64,000 nucleotides of DNA from NCBI GenBank assembly GCA_964199315.1, contig OZ116707.1, positions 30,752,001 through 30,816,000 on the forward strand. Direction: 5' to 3'. The position numbers and the translations under genes were made by a program. The DNA comes from Orbicella franksi. Its lineage: Eukaryota. The notes beneath the pieces were generated by a model. The model saw only the letters and a program-made list of their open reading frames with translations, searched no databases and was not told where the DNA came from. Positions 1 through 13,200 of this stretch are shown here, piece after piece; the first letter of the stretch is position 1, and each line of letters starts with the position of its first letter.

Positions 1-70
1 AGAGCGTCCGGCTAGATCACGGAGGGTCGTGAGCTCAAATCCCATCTGGAACTCGGATTTTTTTCCGAGT
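1..70 (+). mobile_element. Fragment of a tRNA-derived SINE-like repeat (truncated by window edge)
   Basis: AGAGCG...GGAGGGTCGTGAGCTCAAATCCCATC resembles a tRNA D-arm end and a degenerate B box/T-arm, followed by a T-run; no intact cloverleaf. Confidence 0.45.
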
Positions 71-1272
71 TGATGTTATTTTTACATTTAATAGTAGTTT
101 TTCCACGAGCCAAATTGAAAGGAAGTTTTCACAAAAGAATATTAAGTTCGCTATTAAATATTGAGCGTTTGTTTTCGAGGTTAAAAGGTGTCAAAACCTC
201 CCCCCAAAACTTAACTATAGCAGAGCTCGTCAACTGCGTGATTTTTTCCGGCATTCCTGAATTTTGTTTCTAAAAGGAGCTGGAGTTTCCAAGCAGATTC
301 CTTGCTTAATTTGTGTTTTCAAAACACTGAAAACGAAACTCTAAACAGACAATGAGTGATGAGAAACTTGACAAAAGCGTTGAAGAAGACACAAGCATAA
401 ACATAAGCTGGTCTACACAATTTGTGCTTCGTGTAGATTACTGTAACTGGAAAAATACCTCCTGGATTTTGGCAGAGTATGGTTACGGTTACTGATGCCT
501 AATCGTACCGTTTGTGGCACGCTTTGGCGACATGCAGGCTGTTTGGCGCAACCAAACTCGGCTGACATGTCGTCGAACTGTAACAAAAAGTTGCGATTAG
601 GTATAAAAATCAAACTCAAAACTGAGAATATGTGGCCTGTGTGAAGATATAACATTTCCTTATAGTCTCAGTGGCAAGTGCGGGTGTTTTTCTATGTATT
701 ATGTGAGATGTCAACTCCATCCAGCCGTTATAGAACAACAATATCTAAGCAGGCCAGTTCTAGCTACAATCAAAGATTTCTTTATCTTCGCATCGTCTAC
801 GACCTAAACAGCTTGTAAAACTGCATTGTCGATGATTCCTTACAGAGAATTATTGGAACAACTTTACGACCCTGTAACAGGCAATCTTTATTTATATTTT
901 TTTGACAGATGCAGAGACAACAATTTTCTTTCGCAGTGGCCATAACACCCTTAAACAGTTCATATCCGTTCGTGTGTCGTTTGTCACCTTTTAAATTTTG
1001 TTTGTTCTGTTGGTTCCAAGCCGAGTTTCGTTTGAACTGAAACTCTCGATTTAGTCGTAAAATAAATGTTGCACAAAATTGTCGTGGCTGCCCGATTGTC
1101 AGATCTTTGGTTGACTGGTCATGCAGTACAAAAGCACCTGTCTGTATAAGACATTCTGGATACGCTTTTTGTTCGATATCAAATATACTTGCTCTTTTCA
1201 CGGCCTAGTAAGTAAACTGCTGACTGGTTCCACTGTCTCGTCTGTGCCAAACTTCAAAGTTGTATCGAAGAA

Positions 1273-4200
1273 ATGTGTTATGAACTCTTCAGAGGACGTC
1301 GTGCTACTTTTATAACTTTCTTTGTTATCCAAGTACTTTTCTGCACAGGTAGGTCAAAAGATCACAATAGACGAACTATTAACAGATTAAGTGCTCCAAT
1401 TCTTAGTTTCGAATGAGAAATCTACCATTATTATTTTGCTTGTTTTCATCTCAAAGGCTTAAATGGAAGTTCGCATTCGTGGCGTGATCCAAGAGAGTGT
1501 CTCCCGGTGGCTACGTTTGATAATACCGTTATTTCCTCTTCTCACAATATGACAATGGCAAGTCACTGGCTTGGGCATCATAAGAACCTTTCAAGTTGTG
1601 TTCTACACTGCTGTGACACAGAAAACTGTGATGTAGTGCTGTTCGATGGCCACTCCTGTTACAGCGTGTTTTGTTCAACGGAAGACGTTTGTCGCTTTCA
1701 AACAGCAGTGCAAGGACAAAGGTCATTTCAGGCTGTGTTGTTAAACAATGCGTTTAAAAGTAAGTTACGGCAACTTCTGATCAGTCGGTTATGGAAACTG
1801 CTTCCTTAATCTGACCACGCTAAGTATGCTCTATGTAATATTTGTGTAAGCTCTTATGTTGAAAACACATTTCAGGTTTCATATTAACAGCAGAGTACTT
1901 TAATAATATTCCCACAAACATGAAGGGGAACAAAGTTTGAATGAAACGAAATATTGGTAAAAGAAGTGTTTGACCCATAAGAACGGGTACCAGTACCGTA
2001 AGTAGAATGCAGGATGCTTCCTTGCTTTGTTTTTATTTTTCCCGGGGGTGGGGGAAAGTAGAGACTCCCTTATATGGGCTATACAGGCATGTGCAGCACC
2101 AAAGGGTATGGTTTTGAGATGTTTTGCCCTGAAAAAGGTATAAATTCTCACCATTTTGATCTGAATTAGGGTATGTTTTACACGTTGGCTTAGCATTGGG
2201 CATTTTGTTTACATGGAACTATTTTTTTTCTGCATCAACGTTGTCAAATTTGTCGCCCTTCTGAAATGTTTATGCAAATGGCTCCATTTCTGGTTAACTT
2301 CGGTCATATAGTCATATCAGAGTCGTGAGGTAATTTTAGAGATATGGTGTATCAATTTTTCACTCATGCAGGTCTGAAATAGACTATGGAAAATCACATT
2401 TTTTGGCCTGAAATTGGGTAAGGGCTTCAAGGTTGGGCCGCAAACCCCACCAAAATCTTTGGGGAGTACCCCACCGGGTGGGGGAGGGATCTCTTGCCTC
2501 ATGATCTCTTTGTTTTTTCTACATAAAGCAGATTTTTTTTTTTTTTTTTTTTTTTGATTTAACAAACATGGCCAATCAATAATCTGGTCACCAGAGACGC
2601 TAAATCGAAACGGCTACTATTTCGTTTGGCTGAGAAAACGAAGACTATTGTTTCCACCATTGCATTTCTCATCAGCGCTGAAAGTGCAGGCCAGAAAATA
2701 TAATTCCTCAACTGAACATGTCGAGAAAAAGCGCCACGCTGTAAGTGTTTTCGCAATGTTAACTTCAGAAGTAAGGTGCTCAGTATAGATTGACTCTTCT
2801 TAACCTATAATAGTCAGTTATTAATGTATGATAATAATTGAAAATAATTGATAATGAAAGTAATATGGTATGTCAAGAGACATGATCTATCGTCTCTTGG
2901 GTATGTTTAATCTAATTCACAGGAAAAAGTTCACCGAAGATTAAAGACACGTCGAAAACCAAGCAACCTTATTCCAACGAGCACGCTGTCTGGTTAAATG
3001 AAACTCAGTTAAGTGGTTTCCGAGAAATCAAGATTAACTCAAACAGCCAAAAGACTATGAATGAGACACAACACGCTTTTCATGTTAAAAAGAAGTTTTC
3101 TGCAAAGCGAAGAGATGAACTTTCAACTAGCAGGAGAAAGAAAGGCGCACCGAACCGCCGTTCTGTCAAAACAAGAGTCAAAAGTGAAACCCAAGTTAAA
3201 AATGTAAAGAAAAGTAAATACTTGCACAAGGATGATAAAAAGTGCGGAATCATAGAGATAGCAAAGAATGCCACTTTGAATTCAGGAATGGACGCAGGGA
3301 ACTTTACACTACGTGGAAAATCAAATGACATTACACACTGCGCAAAGCTCTGTTGTCAGGACCAGCTGTGTGATATCGCCCTTATCATGACTGGCCGATG
3401 TTATACTGTGCAGTGTTATAGCATGCAAGATTGTCAATCTAAGAACGTTGACAGCAAAACAGTTGATAATGTCATAGCGTACATAGATAATCCTTCCAAG
3501 AAGCTCCGAAGTGACAGGTGGGATATCAAACAAGCTAAAGATCACGTTCAAAGGAAAAATAGCAAGAAAACAGTGGTGCCTAATCCAAATGAAGGTAACA
3601 AATGCGTCGCGTGGTAAGAAGCTTGAATTATTGCTCTAAACAGGGAGTCATAAGGAGCAAAGTTAAAATCACTTATTGTATTACTGCGCCTTTCAATAAC
3701 GTGTGGACTCTAAGATTAAAATCTCAACCGACAAATGCGTTTTTCACTACCGTCAATCAAATGTTCAGCGGCTCCTCCGAGCTTCCGACTACTGCCTAGT
3801 GCGCGGTAATCAAATCGTTGAGCAAAGTTCAGACAACGAAACAGTGGTCGGCAGTAGTTGGAAGCTGGGAGAAGCCGCCAAACATTTGATCGACGGTAGC
3901 GAGAAACGCATTTGTCGGTTGAGCTTTGAATTTTAGAGTCCGCATGTTACTGAAAGGCGTAGTAAAGGCAATCCATATGTCAAAAGTTGAGCATAATGCC
4001 AATACTTAGGCCATTTAGAAATGATTCAATTTTTTGACCTACTTTTCCCATTTCTGGAAACAAACAAAATAGTCATTATTTCCTCATACTTATGTTGTTC
4101 CGTTTTAGGTAACATAGGCGACCTTCTTGATTCAGTCCGGTTTCTGAATGGACCTTCCAACATCAACTCAGACATGAAGTTTAACTTTCTGCAGCAGTGC

Positions 4201-7200
4201 GCTCTGTATGTTGAACCGGAAAATTTCACTAAGACTGTCCATGGCTGGGTTACACCACGATATACACCTGTTAAATATCTTTACCAGTCTTCCAGTGGGA
4301 CTCCTCCACCTCTCGGCATGAGATCTGCAGTACCGCTTGGAGGAATGGGCACAGGTAATGCTGCTATGAGACTCCCGCAACTATGGAGTAGACTAACAAG
4401 TTCTTTCCCTTCGGTGGAATTGGAATAATAGCGTTGAATTGTTTCGGACAAAGCGAAGTCCAGTAGCATGGAATTGAGAGACCAAGGTGTAATTCTTAAA
4501 TATCATTGGAAGCATTGAAGAACTTGGATAATGCCTGTATAAGGGTTTAACTCGCTTTACGTTTGTTTACCCCTCTTGAAAGCAATACGTACGCATTCAT
4601 ACGGGTAACACATGAACCATTATGGATAATCTGTTTTATATTGTAATATCAATTTTTTTATCTCTTTTCTTGTTTTTAATTTTATTATGATTTGAAGGGG
4701 CCCACTGAAAACCGCCAAGGCGAGTGGGCTCCCTGGATAAATATTGTTATTACTATTATTATCATTATTATTATTATTATTAATTGTTATTATTATCATT
4801 ATTATTAGTATTATTATTAATATGACGTCTATCTGTTGTCAGTGTTATTCCTGTGTATTGCACGTATGTGTTTGTATGTACCCATATATTTCCCAGCTAT
4901 GTTCGTGTGGTGCTCGTATTTATACCATCCCATAGAAAATACAGCCAATCAGAAATTAGCAAAGCCGTCGTATACTCTGCGGTATTGCACCCAACTTTCC
5001 CATCGCGCCTTGCGCGTATATCACTGATTGTGTTGGCCACTGTATTTTCTATGGCATGGTATAAAATAATTATACAACACGTTCTCGTTGGTATACCATG
5101 GAATATCCCACTAGTCACTTGTATTTTCTTGGTATAGACACGAGCCTTAAGTAAGAGGTCGCGTGGACGTTACCTGTGTATTACCCTTCAGTATCCTTTT
5201 CTTACTCCCATGTTAGTGGCATGAAAAAAAAAAACGAGAATTAGAAGTCTTAAGACTTGGTAGAGGCGTGCTGAAATTTTCTGCTTTTCATTTCTAGGAT
5301 CACTAGAGCTAAGGGCTGACGGATCATTCCACGAGTGGACCCTTGAGAACCAGTCTCCCGGTGGCTCGGTCAAACTCGGGCCAGGTGCATTGGATAAAGC
5401 GCTACTTGGAGTACGAGTTCGCTCCTCGTTGGGAACAAAAGTCGCCTTGCTACGAACACACCCTCCCCCTGGATACCCCGGTGTGAAAGGATTGTCCTAC
5501 TCTGGTTCTTTTCCAGTGTCAAGACTCAGTGTTAGAGACGAGAGATTTTTTGGTGTAGAAATGGATTTATTTGCGTATGGAACTCTCCGTGCAAGAAAAA
5601 CTGATTTGTCTTTTGTTCCTGGGGTAACTTTCACGCTGAGTGTTAAAAATCCTACTGAGAAAGAAGTGAACTTGTCTTTCTTGTTAAATATTCCTCTTGG
5701 TGAACAACCAGGTAACGTCATAACACAAGTTACGGTATTACTGTTATAGTTTTAATTTTCATTTAGGTTGCTTAGCTACCAGATTTCGCGCTCGCGAGTA
5801 TTTACTTCGCTACTCCCCATTCTCCCGGGAGCTCGGTCGCTGCTGTTGGCTGCTCCGCCGCTGAGACAAATCCCACCAGCAATACGGTTAGCGTGTTTTC
5901 AATAAGCGCAGCGTTGTTGTTCAGAGGTGCGGCGTTTATTCGAGGGCTGCCGTTATTACTATTTTAGCTGTCATGCGCAGAACTTAGCCTAGGGCAGCAC
6001 CTTTGCGAGTCCAAATCGATAGCCTGACCATGGATAAGCAAAAATTCCATTCTGATGACTTAGCACTACAGAAATCTGTGTCTGTGATTGGTCGATTGAC
6101 TTTGTCATCAGTAATCTCCGGGTGAAATCTCACAGTTCTATTGAGATCGATTGAGAGAAAAGGAAACTTGGCATGAGCAGGGAGTTGTCTGCTTGTTCAG
6201 TCCTCTTGTTTTGCAATGTGTATTTATTTTGTTTCTTTTTCCTTTTTGATCCCCAGACACATCAAGGGATGGTGACAATATAGAGACCATAGTTGACGTG
6301 GAGTCGTCCGCACAGTGTGCAGCCATGTGTAATGAAGACGATCGCTGTATGGCATGGAGCTACGAAAAGAACAATTGTTCCTTAAAGGACTCTATGCCGC
6401 TTCACGCTTACCGGCCTGATGTTATTTCCGGTAAGCCTGGAAACACTCTAAACAAGGCCGCCATAGCCTGAAATGTCAGTCATCTCCCGCCTTCAGCCTA
6501 ATTAGACTGAGGGCGGAAGATGACTGACATTTCACTGTTAAGGCGGCCTGAGATTTAAAAATTGTAGCCTGCGAGCAGGCTCACCTTTGAGTCACGCGCG
6601 AGCGACGAAGAGCAAAGCAATCCGGCGGGAAGGAGTCTAGGGAAGAGGCACCTTTCTCGTCTCGCGGCTACGCCGCGCGCGCTTGTGCTCCAACGTGAGC
6701 CCGCTCGCAGACTAGGACTATTGTTGGTCTGTTTCTATCGCGGGGGGGGGGGGGGTACTCCCAGCAAAATTGGGTTGGGGTGTGCGGCCCGCTTCCCAAA
6801 AATCTTACCCTATTTACGACTGACCAAAACGGCTGAAAAACCATACCCTTTGGGGCAGCACATACCTATATAGCCAATATGAGGGAGTACCCCCTGGGTT
6901 TGCTTGCTTTAGATGGTTACTTGTTTGCTTACCTTTTGGTTTGTTTGCTGAGTAGAGCGTTTTGCAGAATGTAGAAAAATGTTTATGGCCAACAGATCAA
7001 ACAACAATTTCTGCTTCTAAAATCTGTTTGAAATTCTGACTGCACTAACACGAGACATTCGACTTGAATAGTTTATTGAGGATGCGTCAGTCAGTCATCT
7101 GATGTAATCCGTCTTATAAGATAATCTTACAACTATTGGTTCGAACAATTAGAACCTGTGCTGCGCCAGAGACGAAACGTATTCCTCATCTAACGCAGCA

Positions 7201-10200
7201 GCACGAGACCCCGAGAAAGGGTATGAAATCAACATTATCACAATTATCAAAATTATCACAATTATTGGTGGATGTACACGCTGTTAAAACAAAGGCTTAA
7301 AAGTGGACGAACACGAAGACTGACCAACTTTCTAGAATGACCTAAATCTCCCGCCAAAAGCGTAAATAAATGTAGTCCCTAAACGTCCCGTGACACCCCG
7401 CTAGCCTCTCCGTCCTGCTGACCCCATCAATCGTCAGAAATAGAATTACTCCCCGATCGTCTTTCGTGTTCTTTTGCTGGCAACTCTCTCATTCCTGGAA
7501 TATATTTTTTTACCTCCATTTTGAGTCTTCCTTCATTCTAAGGGATGTTGCTGAACGATCTGTGTGTTCGCAATTTAAATCTATCAAGAATGCCCATACT
7601 GTGCCAAATATAATTTTAGCCGTTTTTCTCGGTCGAACGCTCCCGCAAATAGAAGCCGCTCAGACTGTGCTGGGCCCAGATAACGCTATCCACCGGATAA
7701 ACCGCCATCCAGTGGATAAGTGTTAACAAAACAAACCACGCTATCCACTGGATATTGACTTATACGGAGGTCGAACAACCCAGGTGTGCTGGGTAAATCT
7801 TTTCTAACGGCAGAAGTACTAACTTGCGTGATTCTTGCGTAACGCAATACGTAACACGGACTACTTTTACAGTAGTTTCTTCCGTGAAAGAAAAAGTTAA
7901 CAAAACAGTACTAAACTCATTTAAAATGCGTAGGGGTGAAAGGACGATGGAAAATAACTGGTGAAATGCTGACTTGCAAAAGACCTGGAAACTTCCCTAA
8001 CAGCGGAAGTACCTCTTTGATGTCAATCAACACAAACAAGCCGACATTTGCAGTCACCGATGACTTCCGGTCGGTATGGGAAGCGTTTGAATCAAGTGGA
8101 AGGTTGAGGAAAAGGATTGAAGCTACAGGCTTTCATGGAACGATTTCCGTTGGTGCAAAATTACCTTCTGGAATAAGTGAAACATTGACATTTATTTTAG
8201 CCTGGCATTATCCTAACAGAGATCACACAGGAGAGCGAGTTGGGCAGTATTACAGGTGAGCAATGTATCGTGATACTGATCGAAATTGAAAATGGTTCAG
8301 TAGCTGGTTTTAGCGTTACAATTATAAATAGTAGGTTGCTCTAGCCTTCGAATGGCTCTTTCTTACAATGAAGGCCCTTTATTTTCCTCCAGTTTCTCTG
8401 CGTAGGAGCCTAGTAGTAAACGTTATTCAATATTCAATATTCTCCGCTCGCCCAGCGATTAAAGGCTCGGTTACAGCGGTTCTCTATGTGGACTATGTAA
8501 GGACAACAGTTTCTTCTTAAAAATCATAGAATTAATAAATTCGGATTGTAAAGAACATTTTAAATGTTGTTTGACTGTTCTGTTGCAATGGGTTCAAATT
8601 CTAGTTGAAAGTCAATTTCGAAGCTCAGCGAATATTTTAAGTTAGATCAGAATGGCCGGTAGGTTGCAATGCAGCAATATTTAACCAATACAGTCCAAAA
8701 TAATATACCAGAAAAGGTAAATGATTGCCTTTTGTATAAAAAAAAATTAAAAAAGAACTATAGAGAGAAAAAAAACTTTAAGCGAGAAAAAGAAAAAAAA
8801 ATATGTCGACGAGGATGGGATTCGAACCCACGCGTGCAGAGCACATTGGATTAGCAGTCCAACGCCTTAACCACTCGGCCACCTCGTCACTCACATAAAC
8901 TCTGCAAAATTTAAATATATAAATCTTAACTTCATATAGTGTGACCATTCCGGTGAGAGTACTTCTGAAAAGAACTGTTGTTGGTAACACTTTCAGAACT
9001 ACCCTCACCCGGATGATCACACTATACGAACTACTGATACTCCTGGGTTCAAACCATTTACTATATAAATCTTTTGTTTTTAATCACCTGACCCGTCTTT
9101 AAATTTAATAAAGAATGAAATCCAAAGGGGTTTCTTTGTTTCTTCTTTGAATCGAAGAAAATTCGCGGCGTGTCAAATTATTAATTAAAGACAAATACAA
9201 ATAATTTCTCTCTCGAGCCGTCTTCGCGGCAATTGTAAGCGAAAGAAGTGTCTTTAAATTTGTTTTAAATCCATTTTCGCGGCTCAAATTCTATTTACAA
9301 TGAAAATTGAATAATAAATTGACAGGTATTGCTCTTAAAATTAAAAAAATATACATTCGATAGACTTATTGTTGATCAGTGCTTCCAAAGCGTGGGAAAC
9401 CGTTTAAGACTTTGAACCTTAAAAATCAAATGCAAATCTCCGACATTTTTTGTCACTAGGGATGTTCCATGAATTGAAGCTTTCTTGCACGGGAAAAATG
9501 ACTCAAAAGACACGGTTTCAAATTCGCTAGAACTGTATTTATTTGTCAAATCGTGCAAATAAGGAATTGTTTTGCAGATATTGGGATAAGGAGGCTTTCC
9601 GTTTCTTCTCTAACCTCGAATAACTCTAATCTTGGATCTGTTTCATTATCACTCCCGACTCTTGAACCAATTTAAACTCGAGTTTTTAAGGATAGAAAAT
9701 ATGCACAGGTTATATTGTCTTTTCGAAAATAATGAATGCTTCTATCAGGAACTTCGTACTGTCAGAAAGGCAGCCTGAATATCAGCCGTCTACTCTGTAC
9801 GCTTACCCTCGAGTGGCAACATGTGTCTCCAGAAAAGACCAGAGATAGTAGCTGTTTTCTTGTATTGTATTTAATTTTCTGGTAAATTAAAATTGTATAA
9901 AACTTGTATTAAACGTTGCTTGCTAGTTATTTAGTGTTGTAAAACAAGCCTTTCCTTTGTTCTGTTTTAGCAAATTATTCAATTCCAGTGAGGATGTGGC
10001 CAACCATATGCGAGTCAACCTTTTGGGAAACTTGGAAGACATTATTTCTTGGCAGTCAAACATTTCTCCACCAAGGCCGGTCTCTTCTCCCCCACAGGAT
10101 CACGCTGTTCAATCTTCACTCCCTGAGTGGCTTCAAGATCACCTTATCAACAGTTTAAGTTTTTGGAGAAGTGGATTCCGAGTGGCTGACGGCAGGTAAC

Positions 10201-13200
10201 AGCTCACGCAAAGAATATAGCCATCTACTGATCGTCACGACCAACAGACAAACAGACAGCTGGGTAGACAGACACACAGACACAGACACACATCTGGACA
10301 GACACACTGGACGAAGAGACCGAGAGATTGACAGACACGGTGATGGTCTTGCTTATGGATGACACATTTAAACTGCATTTGTCACATTCGTCTTTTGAAA
10401 ATGATATTTCTCATCATAGTGTTCAAGCCTTCCCTCCTTGCTAAGTTATGAAGTCATGATTCTGCGACCAGAATGGACTTTGCCTGCACCCCATCCCCCC
10501 CCCCCCCCGCCCCACGTGCCAAATCAAAACACTACGCTGGATTTAGGTTACTGCATATAATCAATGAGAACGAACGAGAACTGATAAGATGAAAATTTTT
10601 CACTTTTTCTTATCCAGATGGCGACAGTGGGAGGCATTAGACTGTAATGACGTTGATTCAGTTCACAATGATTTCCAGCGAGAGCTGCCTTACGTCATGT
10701 TCTTTCCAGATTTGCTAGAGAACGTCGTGAGAGCCTGGGCTCGATTTCAGCACCCAGCTGGATATATACAAGAAACTCTGCAAATGCAGTGGGGATGCCA
10801 TAACCGGACAAACCGATTAGATAACCCGGGAGGGAGAGTTATGGCCGATGTTACGCCAGCCTTTCTAGCACAGGTATTTTGGTATAGAAATTAAATCCAG
10901 GATGGTCTGGTCTGACGGGTGTGTTACATAAAGCCGTAAAAATGTGAAGTATGGGTTGGTCAGCATAAAATAATATTGCAGAGTAATAAACATGATTTAT
11001 AATATTTTTAATTTGTATGTCTTGTATGAAAACGTGATTCGTAACGTTCGTGCATTATCCTTGTTCAGAATGTAAGTTTGTCATCGTCAATAAATACCTC
11101 AGTTGCAAATCTTCAAAACTAGCCTGACCTAACCCTTTATTAAGGAAAAGGCGGTTAAAATGTGATGGTTTTTAGGGGAGGAGTCGATAAGAAAGGAAAA
11201 CTTCTTACAAAAAATTGGAAAAAATAAACAAAAAACTAGACCAACATTTGACATCATTCTCGTCCCCAGGGCTGCCTCTCTTAGCCGATGAGGGTGACTC
11301 CGAAAATACGTGATTTGATTGGCTAGATTCTTGGACTAATATTTCTCCTAATTCAACGCTGTTTCCTTGCGAGCAATATCCACTGATTGATCTCTACCTA
11401 AAGCAGTTCAGTAACAGCACTTAAAGACCTCCAGGAAGTTTAAAACTGACCTACGACGAACCATTTTTAGTTTAGTCTTCCTTAACGTTAAGTTTAGGTC
11501 AGAATTTTACTGTGTTTTAAATTCTCTATATTAAAAGCTGTTAAAGCCTGTAGATTCTTTCATTCGCCAAAAGGTAATAATTAGAAATCAACCAGTGATC
11601 TTTCTGGGACACCAGCCTTGAATTAGTGAAAATGCACTCACAAAGGAGTCACCGGCTTAAGGCACCTCTGAGGACGAGATTCAAACCCAGACCACCATGC
11701 TTCAAAAACATGATTTTACTTTTTGCAGTTTTATCATCTTTACCTATGGACTGGCAACCAAAAACTCCTGCGAGACCTCTGGCCAGCGGCCCGCAAATCA
11801 TTGATTTGGCTGATGCATATCAGTACAGAAGGCTCGGGTCTTCCGTTACATCGAACCTGCACCTATGACATCATTTACCTCGAGGGTTACGACCACACCA
11901 CCTATAACAGTGTGATGTATCTTCTGGGTTTGCGAGCTGGACAAGTTCTTGCTGAGGCGCTAGGAGAAACAGAATTAGTTCAGACGGTTCGCCAAGCGTT
12001 CAAGTACGGAAAGGCTAAAATGGACAAAACTTTATGGAATGAGAATGACGGATTTTATCACTCTTGGTGGGATCACGAGAAAGGCTCACCTAATTGGCTA
12101 ATGACGGACTCCTTGTATGGACAAGTGAGTAGCACACTGCCTTTATAGGATCTATGGGAGCTCTACTCGATTTTCTTTATATTATATATTTGTAGTCATG
12201 GCTGCATGAGAACTTTGTTAGTTCCTGAAATGTCTTTGGAAAGCTCAATCACACAGCGGTTTAAATTATACTACTTCTACTTTAAGTTTATGATATACTC
12301 TACACGTTAAGTTGTTATTTTCTAGAGTTTCTTTTTTTTTTTCCTTATTTAGGTTTGGGCCTATGCTTTGGGTCTTGGAAGTCTCCTTGATCCTGATAAG
12401 ATGAAAAGACATCTGCAAAAGGAACGAGAATTGAATGACACGCCTTATGGATTGCGCGTGCTCACTCAGGGTATTCCTGCAAACAAACTGAGAAAGAAAA
12501 CAAACACAACTAGCAAGAACAAAATAACAAGACAGAAAAGAAAAATACCCAGAGAAGAGGCTGTAGCGCATCTGGACAGCTTCTTTAGCGAAGTTTCCGG
12601 ACTACAAAAGAAGTCCCATGTTAACAAGAATAAAGACTCTCCAAAGTTAGCTGTGAAGAAAAATCCAAAAACCAACACTGAAACAAGTAACAAAGTTCCA
12701 CGTCAAGTATCTTCAGATAAACATCTGGTGAAGAAAGTGGAAATGAAAATAAAGATCAGAAAAGACAATACTACCGCAAAAAAGGGTAATGCACTTGGAA
12801 AATCGAAGCAACCAAACAAAATAACTTCAATGCGACCTGTAACTCAAGAAACTCTTAATCACAAAAATTGTTTTTCTCTCGAAGAAGAGAGCAAGTTCAA
12901 CTCGATTTGGATGGGAAGCGATGCAGATTGGACAACTATGAACATTCATTTGGGAATGAATCCTGCAAAAGCACTCAAACAAGCTGAGAAAGCCTTAGAA
13001 CATTACAGAACAAAACTAAACGACTTCTGGAATATTCACGGTTTGACCGCTGGCCAAGGTTATGGCGTGGACGGTCAGCCCTGGTGCACGTCGCATTACG
13101 GTTTCCACATGGTTCTGTGGCATATACCGCTGGCTCTCTCTGGTCAGCTGTATAGCGCGGTCGAACAGAAATTGACGTTTGAGCCGAAATTAAAAGTCCC

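Noticed and set aside
300-1201. Possible minus-strand gene head-to-head with the GH116 gene (phase-compatible mini-exons 871-844, 577-509, 440 onward; ORF 797-1201)
   Set aside because: The chain reads openly (GRKVVPIILFRRHVSRVWLRQTAC...) but matches nothing I recognise, has no clear start, and small exons chain easily by chance. RNA-seq would decide.
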